A model generated the notes under the pieces. It made no database searches. It was not told the origin of the DNA and saw only the letters and a list, made by a program, of their open reading frames with translations. From the IMG/VR virus record IMGVR_UViG_3300011334_000293, positions 1 through 33,774 of that record: a stretch of 33,774 nucleotides of DNA. One strand, written 5' to 3'. Shown piece by piece: positions 1 through 7,029 of the stretch; within the stretch, counting starts at the first letter, position 1, and every line of letters begins with the position of its first letter. This stretch comes from a virus. Its lineage: Duplodnaviria; Caudoviricetes. The position numbers and the translations under genes are program-made.

Positions 1-834
1 ATTTTAGCCGAGGAAACGGATAATGAGCAGACCGGTGGAGGGACTGGCAAGGGAATTTTTGTGAAGGCACTTTCGTATATCTTAAACACAGTTCGGGTTG
101 ATGGTAAGAACTTTAAGCTTGACAAATCATTTGCATTCCAAAGGGTAGACCTTGATACTCGCATTTTGGCTATTGAAGATACGCGTAGGAACGTGGATTT
201 TGAGGGTTTTTACTCGATTATCACCGAGGGTGTAACTGTGGAGAAGAAGAACAAAGATGAGTTGTTTATCCCTTACGCGGATTCACCAAAGGTGATGTTT
301 ACCACTAATTACACTATTCCGAACTCTGGAAATCATGCAAAAAGAAGGCAACGAGTGTTGGAATTTGCACCAACATTTTCGTCAACCTACACACCGGAGG
401 ACTTATTTGGACATAAATTGTTTGATGATTGGGACTTACATGAGTGGAATAGGTTTTATAATTTGTTGTTTATGTGTGTTTCTGGGTATTTGGGGAATGG
501 GTTAAAAGTGATGGAGAAGTCTGAATCTTTAATTAGAAAGCAGATAAAAGTGCAGTTTGGAGATGAGTTTTTTGACTTTATTGTTGGGTTGGATTATGAT
601 GGGCAAGTTATAAAATTGGAGCAATTGTATAACGATTTCTTGGGTATGAGCGGTTTTGACAAGAAGGAATATAGCAATAAAAAGTTCGTAAAAGCAATTG
701 AAGAATCGTGTACCCTTTTGAAAATCGCGTACCTAAATAAGCGAGAAAAGTCATCTGGGGGCAAAAAAGTGTATCGGTTTTTTGGGGACGAGGGTAAAAA
801 ACGTGAATTTGAGCAAAATGGGTACGCGATTTAG
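1..834 (+). CDS. Primase-helicase C-terminal part (SF3/D5-like helicase), 5'-truncated
   Basis: Frame 1 is open from base 1: ILAEETDNEQTGGGTGKGIFVKAL (Walker A), ILAIED (Walker B-like), KVMFTTN (motif C), RRQRVLEF. The track's start at 61 is an artefact of truncation. Confidence 0.88.
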   Translation: MLAEETDNEQTGGGTGKGIFVKALSYILNTVRVDGKNFKLDKSFAFQRVDLDTRILAIEDTRRNVDFEGFYSIITEGVTVEKKNKDELFIPYADSPKVMFTTNYTIPNSGNHAKRRQRVLEFAPTFSSTYTPEDLFGHKLFDDWDLHEWNRFYNLLFMCVSGYLGNGLKVMEKSESLIRKQIKVQFGDEFFDFIVGLDYDGQVIKLEQLYNDFLGMSGFDKKEYSNKKFVKAIEESCTLLKIAYLNKREKSSGGKKVYRFFGDEGKKREFEQNGYAI

Positions 835-1018
835 GGGTTGGGTACGCGATAGGTACGCGATTGGGTACGCGATTTTTTTTCGTAACTCATTGATTATCAA
901 GGGGGGTACTCGATTTACACGATTTTACCCTTATAAATAGGTGGTCGTGTGTTTTTTTTTGGTTTTTGTATATACCAGAAAAGAAAGGAAACGATGAAAA
1001 ATGATAAAATCGTGTACC
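704..1018. repeat. Iteron-like GGTAC(G/A/T)CGAT repeats, candidate replication origin
   Basis: Direct GGTACGCGAT at 821, 841, 852 and 864; GGTACTCGAT at 905; inverted copies AATCGTGTACC 704-714, AATCGCGTACC 723-733 and AATCGTGTACC 1008-1018. Confidence 0.75.
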
Positions 1019-1172
1019 GGCCATTTTTTTTTTAAAAAAAGATTTTTGTTGGTTTTAGGGATTTTTGTTGGTTTTGTGGATTTGAGGCCCAGGATCTCCT
1101 AAAACGATTTAGTTAACTGTTTACTAAAACCATTTAGTAAAACCATTTAGTAAACCAAATAAATAAAATTAT

Positions 1173-1583
1173 ATGTTGTACGCATCTGAGCAGTTGTTAG
1201 AGATAGTTAGTCAGGTAACCGGAATATCTCAAAGTGATATTATAAGTAGTTCAAGGAATAGGAGTGTATGTCTGGCTAAGCAGCTTTATGCTCACTTTTT
1301 AAGGCATAAGTTCAATTTATTGCTAAAACAGATCTCAATGATTATGAAAAATGATCATACAACTGTAATTCATAGTATAAGAGTTATTGAAAATATGATA
1401 TGGATAAAGGATGATAAGACTTTAAGTTATATAAAAGGAATAAATGATTGCCTGACGAATTTAGAGTCATCAAATTTAAGCCGTAAGTTAAAAGTTAATG
1501 TTCCTATTGGATGCGATTTAGAAGGTCTAAAAAAGGCTATAATTGAGGATTATGGGTGTAGCATTGAATTTATTTATGAGTAG
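1173..1583 (+). CDS. DnaA domain IV (C-terminal HTH)-like DNA-binding protein
   Basis: SSSRNRSVCLAKQ...LKQISMIMKNDHTTVIHSIR matches the DnaA domain IV signature (R..I...RQ ... DHTTVIH). No AAA+ domain. Confidence 0.8.
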   Translation: MLYASEQLLEIVSQVTGISQSDIISSSRNRSVCLAKQLYAHFLRHKFNLLLKQISMIMKNDHTTVIHSIRVIENMIWIKDDKTLSYIKGINDCLTNLESSNLSRKLKVNVPIGCDLEGLKKAIIEDYGCSIEFIYE

Positions 1584-1871
1584 TGTTTTAAATACAAGGT
1601 TAACCATAGGTTTATAAATGAATAAAGTGGTTTGCATTTATAAAAAAGTGCTTCTTATATATAGATACACATTATTAGATTTTTATTCGTAGTTCTGAAA
1701 AAAAAATTATTTTTTTTGTGAGGTCGGAAAAAAATATTTTTTGGTTTTTGGAACTTTAAAAAAAATTTTTTGGACTTTTTGTAGAATATAGGTCAAAATT
1801 TTTTTTTTAAAAAAAGATTTTTGTCGGTCTGAGGGCGATTTTAGGTCAAAAAGTGAAAAAATGGCTAAAAT

Positions 1872-1917
1872 TTTAGTAAAACGTTTTAGTAAAACGTTTA
1901 GTAAAACGTTTTAGTAG
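1872..1917. repeat. Tandem TTTAGTAAAACG repeats
   Basis: Three full copies plus a partial copy; the same core occurs at 1120-1154 in direct and inverted form. Confidence 0.85.
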
Positions 1918-2049
1918 ATGTTAAGCTGATGTTAAGTAAGGATATCGTTTAAAGCGATTTAGATGGGCAAAAATGGCTTTAAATTAGTTGTTTGATATGT
2001 TTGTATTGATAATTAATTGATGGGCTTAAATGGGCTTAAAATGGGTTTG

Positions 2050-2372
2050 GGTAACCGGATGGCATCCAATGCTTAACCAGGTAACCGGATGGCATCCAAT
2101 GCTTAACCAGGTAACCGGATGGCATCCAATGCTTAACCAGGTAACCGGATGGCATCCAATGCTTAACCAGGTAACCGGATGGCATCCAATGCTTAACCAG
2201 GTAACCGGATGGCATCCAATGCTTAACCAGGTAACCGGATGGCATCCAATGCTTAACCAGGTAACCGGATGGCATCCAATGCTTAACCAGGTAACCGGAT
2301 GGCATACAATGCTTAACCAGGTAACCGGATGGCATACAATGCTTAACCAGGTAACCGGATGGCATACAATGC
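2050..2372. repeat. 30-bp tandem repeat array, about 10.8 copies
   Basis: Unit GGTAACCGGATGGCATCCAATGCTTAACCA x8, then a C>A variant (GGCATACAAT) x2 plus a partial unit. No spacers. Confidence 0.97.
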
Positions 2373-2397
2373 AATAATTTAACAATCCTATTTAAAC

Positions 2398-2426
2398 AAA
2401 AAAAACAGGCCTTTAATTGGCCTGTT
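2398..2426 (-). terminator. Rho-independent terminator ending the minus-strand operon
   Basis: AACAGGCC-TTTAATT-GGCCTGTT stem-loop with an A-run on + (U-tract on -), just downstream of ORF 2450-2644. Confidence 0.75.
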
Positions 2427-2449
2427 AATTAGTTTAGTTTAGTTATTAT

Positions 2450-2644
2450 TTAAATCCGCTCAAAATTTGCACAGTCTAAATAACATTGATCGCATATAAT
2501 TACTTTGTCTTTATCCTGTCCATTTGAAACATAATCAAAATAACATGATGTTTTACCGCATTTACAAATAGTTTCACCGGTTTTTAAGTGAGGTCGGTTT
2601 AGGATTTCTTCGTTTGCGTCTAAATTTGTTGTGTAATAAGTCAT
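2450..2644 (-). CDS. Small Cys-rich (Zn-ribbon-like) hypothetical protein
   Basis: 64 aa with CKCG and CDQC; starts 2 nt after the stop of the upstream ORF and is followed by a terminator. Confidence 0.65.
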   Translation of the reverse strand: MTYYTTNLDANEEILNRPHLKTGETICKCGKTSCYFDYVSNGQDKDKVIICDQCYLDCANFERI

Positions 2645-2646
2645 AA

Positions 2647-2823
2647 TTAAGCTTTTTTAAATTGTTCCTTTAAAATTTCGATAAACATTTTTCTACATTC
2701 AGGTATTGAATAAAATAAAAATTCGTGTTTATAATAGAGATCACCTGAAGGGTAGTAATATCTAAAAACTGTACAACCTTTGCTAAATTTTTCGTATGTA
2801 ATTAAATGTTTCTGAATTTTCAT
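2647..2823 (-). CDS. Hypothetical protein, 58 aa (not in ORF track)
   Basis: Translates to MKIQKHLITYEKFSKGCTVFRYYYPSGDLYYKHEFLFYSIPECRKMFIEILKEQFKKA, with an A-rich leader and tight spacing to the next ORF. Confidence 0.6.
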   Translation of the reverse strand: MKIQKHLITYEKFSKGCTVFRYYYPSGDLYYKHEFLFYSIPECRKMFIEILKEQFKKA

Positions 2824-2861
2824 AATTTTGTTTTTTTATAAGTTATCTTTTAACATTCCTG

Positions 2862-2890
2862 AAAAATACCCTAATAAAATAATTAGGGTA
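2862..2890 (-). terminator. Stem-loop/terminator after the Gp88-like gene
   Basis: TACCCTAAT-AAAATA-ATTAGGGTA with an adjacent A5 on +. Confidence 0.55.
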
Positions 2891-2945
2891 ATTAAAATTA
2901 TTGTTTTGTGTTTTGTGTAAAACTGGAAAATATCTTTTTTCATTG

Positions 2946-3677
2946 TTATTTATTTATATCAATTACAAAACCGGTTAAATCTTTTTTTGCTTTGCCCTTT
3001 GCCTTTAATCCTACTATCACGTTTTTTTCGTCGTAGTATCTTAAATCGCTTTCATCTCCGTTAATTACTTTATATCCTTTATATGTTAGTGGTAATTCGT
3101 TTTTAAACACTATAGCTACATTACCGCCATTTTTTAAAACGTCTAAAACGTTTGAATCGTTAATTTCTGAACGTGAAAACGTTATTTTATAGTTAGTATT
3201 TAAATATTTTGATACAATTTTAGGATTTTTTGTGTAATCGTAAAACTTCAAATTTCTATTATAAAAGTCATCTAAAAAATTAATACCTGAATACCTTTCT
3301 ATTAATGCTAAATGATCTATATCTGAAGTACCATTTAAGCGAATAGCAATGTCGATATTTTGCTTTATTGCTTTATCGTGTATTTTGAGTAATTCATTGG
3401 CTAATTGAATGTAAAATTTAGGTCTATCCTCTTTAAAAATTAATGTTTTATTTAATCTTGCAAGTTGTACACTATTGAATTGGCCATGGCCAGAAGTATT
3501 TAAACATCCTAAAATGCAACCCGGAGAAGCATAAGGGCAAATATTTATACCGGATAAATTAGAGGGTGCAAGGTAAAGGATGTACGTTTTAATCGCATTT
3601 TTAGATGTTTTAGCATTGGTCTTGCCGTCGCTGAGTAGGTTTTTAACTGCTTTGTAATTTGATGTAGCTTGTAACAT
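2946..3677 (-). CDS. Gp88-family (radical-SAM-like, Fe-S) phage protein
   Basis: CPYASPGCILGC cysteine cluster plus RLNGTSD, FYDYTK, ITFSRSE, NGDESDLR and VGLKAKG motifs, recalled from Gp88-like phage proteins. Confidence 0.7.
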   Translation of the reverse strand: MLQATSNYKAVKNLLSDGKTNAKTSKNAIKTYILYLAPSNLSGINICPYASPGCILGCLNTSGHGQFNSVQLARLNKTLIFKEDRPKFYIQLANELLKIHDKAIKQNIDIAIRLNGTSDIDHLALIERYSGINFLDDFYNRNLKFYDYTKNPKIVSKYLNTNYKITFSRSEINDSNVLDVLKNGGNVAIVFKNELPLTYKGYKVINGDESDLRYYDEKNVIVGLKAKGKAKKDLTGFVIDINK

Positions 3678-3700
3678 GGTAATTAATTTTAAATTGTTGG

Positions 3701-3793
3701 TTATTTGGTTGAATTAAGTAAAAATAAAAAGATAGGCAAAAGGATTGAAACGATTGAAACATAAATTGATAAAGAGATAATAAAATTTTTCAT
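3701..3793 (-). CDS. 30-aa hydrophobic peptide, copy 2
   Basis: MKNFIISLSIYVSIVSILLPIFLFLLNSTK; paralog of 3829-3921 (23/30 identical, several synonymous changes). Confidence 0.75.
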   Translation of the reverse strand: MKNFIISLSIYVSIVSILLPIFLFLLNSTK

Positions 3794-3828
3794 GTTGTTT
3801 TGTTTTTTTGGTTATAAAAAATGTTTAA

Positions 3829-3921
3829 TTATTTTGTATTGTTTAGTAAAAAGATGAAAACAGGTAATAACATTGAAACGATTGAAACATAAATTGAAGC
3901 TGCGATAAGAAAATTTTTCAT
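3829..3921 (-). CDS. 30-aa hydrophobic peptide, copy 1
   Basis: MKNFLIAASIYVSIVSMLLPVFIFLLNNTK; first ORF after the TATATTTG promoter box, A-rich leader. Confidence 0.75.
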   Translation of the reverse strand: MKNFLIAASIYVSIVSMLLPVFIFLLNNTK

Positions 3922-3954
3922 GATGTTGTTTTTTGTTTGTTTGTAATTGTTTCA

Positions 3955-3962
3955 CAAATATA
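3955..3962 (-). promoter_or_regulatory. Bacteroidetes-type -7 box for the minus-strand operon
   Basis: TATATTTG (TAnnTTTG) on the minus strand, 33 nt upstream of the first ATG. Confidence 0.6.
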
Positions 3963-4095
3963 TAAACTTAAGTTTAATATTACCTAATAAAAATAAAGAA
4001 AAGTTAAAGATTTAGTATTTATTCAATCAATTTGGTATTAATTAGAAAAATATTAACATTCAATGTGAATTGATATAAACTATTAAATAGTGTTA

Positions 4096-4103
4096 TAACT
4101 TTG
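4096..4103 (+). promoter_or_regulatory. Bacteroidetes-type -7 box, divergent promoter
   Basis: TAACTTTG 12 nt upstream of ATG 4116. Confidence 0.55.
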
Positions 4104-4115
4104 CTAATTGATGTT

Positions 4116-4316
4116 ATGAATAAAAGAGGTTACTATATAAAGAAAAGTAAGGTAGATCAATCTTTGTTTTTATTCATAGAATTGAACGATTTCATAAGGT
4201 ATATAAAGGATAATGTAAAGGATGATCGTAATAACTGGCTTAAGTTTAGAATCTTTGAGAGAGAGAAACAAAGCGATCAATTCAGCCATGATATGCAATT
4301 GATTAACGATAAGTAA
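4116..4316 (+). CDS. Hypothetical protein, 66 aa
   Basis: MNKRGYYIKK...; ATG 4116 preferred because the track's TTG 4101 lies in the promoter box. Confidence 0.6.
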   Translation: MNKRGYYIKKSKVDQSLFLFIELNDFIRYIKDNVKDDRNNWLKFRIFEREKQSDQFSHDMQLINDK

Positions 4317-4354
4317 AGTAATACATATATATATGTACATAAACAAGCTTAAAC

Positions 4355-4666
4355 ATGTCTGAGAATAATCAAAGAATATCAAGGAAAACAGGAAAGCCGG
4401 TTACTACTGTAGGCGGTGCGCGTCCTGGTGCCGGACGAAAAAAGAGAATGGAAGAACACGAAATCATGGAGCGCCTCAGCCCATTGCATGATATAGCTAT
4501 TAATGCATTGGCTAACGGCCTTGAAAAAAATGACATGAAGGCCGTGGATATATATTTTAGATATGCCTATGGTTTGCCGACCCAAAGGATTGAAAATAAG
4601 ATTGAAGGCAATTTAAACTCCGTTAGCGTTGAAGTTATTAAACCGGAATTAAGCAAAGTTGCTTAA
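4355..4666 (+). CDS. terS: Putative terminase small subunit
   Basis: GGARPGAGRK motif, helical body, 103 aa, upstream of terL. Confidence 0.6.
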   Translation: MSENNQRISRKTGKPVTTVGGARPGAGRKKRMEEHEIMERLSPLHDIAINALANGLEKNDMKAVDIYFRYAYGLPTQRIENKIEGNLNSVSVEVIKPELSKVA

Positions 4667-5063
4667 CTGGCTATCATGTCATGATGTCAACCAAACAAAG
4701 CATACTACTATGCTATACCTATTTAACATAATATCGGTTATAAGATATTTTCACGCTGAATAGGTCGACAAATGGCAAAATAGACTGACATATTACGTTT
4801 TTTTGTAATATGTTAAATAGGTGAATCACCTACTTTGCAAAAGGGATAGGGGGGAACTTAGAGAAAACCGATTTTGCCAGGGCGGGGGGCACTCCCCATT
4901 TATGATACCTCCAAAACGGACATAAACTTATGTTTAACCTTATTAAAGCAGCAATTAAAGCAAACCATCATTTTCTCGCACTTTTCTGCTTTAATATAAA
5001 CCACCCCCACTTTTACCCATACTTTTCAACTTCAATTCGTAACTTCGATTTTTAAAATTTTCT

Positions 5064-7022
5064 ATGGACGCAAAACTCCAAACAAACAAGGTCTACGAAA
5101 TCCTTGCTGACTCCGATAAAAGAATTACTGTTATGCAGGGCGGCTCAAGATCGGGCAAGACGTACAACATCCTTATTTGGTTCATCGTAAAGCTTCTCCA
5201 AGAAACGGGCATGACGCTCACAATCGTCCGGCAATCGCTTCCATCTATAAAAGGTACAGTCCTTCGTGACTTTATTGACATTCTCGTCAAACTAAACATC
5301 TATTCTGAGGACAATCACAACAAAACTGACCAGATTTATTCGCTAAATGGCAATATCATCGAGTTTGTGAGTGCTGATCAACCTCAAAAAATACGTGGAC
5401 GCGCAAGAAACTATCTTTTCTGCAATGAGGCTAATGAACTCTCTTATGAGGCTTGGATGCAGCTAATTATGCGTACTGAGGGCAAAATAGTGATAGACTA
5501 CAATCCTTCTGACGTTTCATCATGGATTTATGATAATGTTATACCGAGAGATGACTCAGATTTCCATATCACAACTTTTATGGACAATCCATTCCTTCCA
5601 AAAGAGTTGATTGACGAACTTACCCGTTTGAAGGACGCAGATCCTAACTACTGGCAGATTTATGGCTTGGGTGAACGAGGACTCTCACAAGACTTGATTT
5701 ACACGCACTACCGCACAACCGAGAATATGCCGGAGGATGGCCAAGGTGAAACAGTCTATGGGTTGGACTTCGGGTTCAATGTACCATCTGCAATGTGCAA
5801 GGTTGTGTTCTACGATGGTGTGGCTTATGTGCAAGAATTACTTTACGAAACAAGGTTGACCACTAATGACCTTATTGAAAGGGTAAAAACACTTGGTTTA
5901 TCACAAATGGATGAGATTTATTGTGATGCTGCTGAGCCGAAAACCATCGAGGAACTTGTTAGAAATGGCTTCAATGCTAAACCTGCAAATAAGGATGTGA
6001 CTGAGGGAATTAGGTGTGTAAAAGGCACTCCATTGACGATTCATCAAGAATCACTAAATTTGCTAAAGGAACTTAAGAATTATCGGTGGAAAACGGATAG
6101 GAATGGCAATAAGCTTGACCAACCGGTAAAATTTGGAGACCATATCTGTTTTATTGGTGAAACTTTAGTTCGGACTGCGGAAGGTGTTAAAAGAATTGAT
6201 GAAATAACTGATAAGGATTTTGTTTTGACTTCTGATGGATTTAGAAAAGTAAATGAACTCTATGATAACGGAGTGCATCTTGTGGAAAAGTATTTGATGC
6301 AGTTCGATACGTTTGAAGTAATTTTGATTTGTACTCCAAATCATTTAATTAAAACAAACAAAGGATGGACAGAGATTTCGAAATTACAATCGGGGATGAC
6401 AATTTACCTAAACAATTTTACAAAGGAAAGTCATTTAAGCTTCAGTCAGGAGAAAGATACTTTAACAATGGAAGAGATAAAATGCACTGGTTTGTTTGGG
6501 AATGTGAGCGAGGAATTAGACCAAAAGGATTCCACATCCATCATAAAGATGGAAACACATGGAACAATCACATTGACAACCTTGAACTCGTTGAAGCCAA
6601 CAAGCACTTATCAATACATATCAAACAAAGAATCGAACAGAATCCAGAATGGTATGCAGATTTTAGAAAAAAAGGAATTGCAGCAGCACCAGAATGGCAT
6701 AAAAGTGAAGCAGGACTTAAGTGGCATAGTGAACACGCAAAAAGATGTAACTTTGGAAAATTCGAACACGTTCAAGCAAAATGCTTACAATGTGGAAAAG
6801 AATATACCAAAAAATCACAACACGCAAAGTTCTGCCATCAAAACTGCAAAGCTAAAGCACTTAGGTGTAGAAGGAAGTTGGAAGGAAAGAGTTTATGACT
6901 TAAACGTGGAAGAGATGCACGAGTACTTTGCAAATGGTGTACTTGTCCATAATTGTGACGCTTTGAGGTACGGAATATATAGTAAATTAACAATCCCTTC
7001 GGTAACTTGGGGAGTAATATAA
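5064..7022 (+). CDS. terL: Terminase large subunit (PBSX/SPP1-like) containing an intein
   Basis: QGGSRSGKT Walker A, KIRG, FCNEANE Walker B, DYNP, GLDFG nuclease motif. DHI|CDALRY is restored by intein excision (383 aa spliced). Confidence 0.96.
   Translation: MDAKLQTNKVYEILADSDKRITVMQGGSRSGKTYNILIWFIVKLLQETGMTLTIVRQSLPSIKGTVLRDFIDILVKLNIYSEDNHNKTDQIYSLNGNIIEFVSADQPQKIRGRARNYLFCNEANELSYEAWMQLIMRTEGKIVIDYNPSDVSSWIYDNVIPRDDSDFHITTFMDNPFLPKELIDELTRLKDADPNYWQIYGLGERGLSQDLIYTHYRTTENMPEDGQGETVYGLDFGFNVPSAMCKVVFYDGVAYVQELLYETRLTTNDLIERVKTLGLSQMDEIYCDAAEPKTIEELVRNGFNAKPANKDVTEGIRCVKGTPLTIHQESLNLLKELKNYRWKTDRNGNKLDQPVKFGDHICFIGETLVRTAEGVKRIDEITDKDFVLTSDGFRKVNELYDNGVHLVEKYLMQFDTFEVILICTPNHLIKTNKGWTEISKLQSGMTIYLNNFTKESHLSFSQEKDTLTMEEIKCTGLFGNVSEELDQKDSTSIIKMETHGTITLTTLNSLKPTSTYQYISNKESNRIQNGMQILEKKELQQHQNGIKVKQDLSGIVNTQKDVTLENSNTFKQNAYNVEKNIPKNHNTQSSAIKTAKLKHLGVEGSWKERVYDLNVEEMHEYFANGVLVHNCDALRYGIYSKLTIPSVTWGVI
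6293..6326 (+). promoter_or_regulatory. Candidate internal promoter for the nested HNH gene
   Basis: TTTG (6293-6296), 22 nt, TAATTTTG (6319-6326), ending 38 nt upstream of ATG 6365. Confidence 0.4.
6365..6898 (+). CDS. HNH homing endonuclease nested out of frame inside the intein
   Basis: MHWFVWE...PKGFHIHHKDGNTWNNHIDNLELV...H (HNH_3-type) and a C-terminal CLQCGKEY...FCHQNC zinc finger; frame offset +2 relative to terL. Confidence 0.9.
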   Translation: MDRDFEITIGDDNLPKQFYKGKSFKLQSGERYFNNGRDKMHWFVWECERGIRPKGFHIHHKDGNTWNNHIDNLELVEANKHLSIHIKQRIEQNPEWYADFRKKGIAAAPEWHKSEAGLKWHSEHAKRCNFGKFEHVQAKCLQCGKEYTKKSQHAKFCHQNCKAKALRCRRKLEGKSL

Positions 7023-7029
7023 ATAGAAA

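Larger units (their letters stand above)
6147..6953 (+). mobile_element. Intein (269 aa, terL residues 362-630)
   Basis: Block A CFIGETLVRT, block B CTPNHLIKTNKGW, block F VYDLNVEEMHEYFANG, block G VLVHN followed by +1 Cys. Confidence 0.96.

Noticed and set aside
1212-1223. 12-bp match CAGGTAACCGGA between the DnaA-like gene and the 30-bp repeat
   Set aside because: A single short match in a CCGG-enriched genome cannot be distinguished from chance.
1173-1583. Bona fide dnaA or host chromosome origin
   Set aside because: Only domain IV is present, there is no AAA+ domain, and the context is phage.
2050-2372. CRISPR array
   Set aside because: Units are head-to-tail with no unique spacers, and there is no cas operon. 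The Cas4-like nuclease sits in the recombination module.
2026-2385. Repeat-protein ORFs 2026-2385, 2030-2377 and 2036-2374
   Set aside because: A 30-nt unit keeps any stop-free frame open. Three frames are open, none extends much beyond the array, and the minus ones lie past a terminator.
6365-6898. Group I intron carrying the HNH
   Set aside because: The terL frame is uninterrupted and the HNH ORF fills the whole insert, leaving no room for a ribozyme core.
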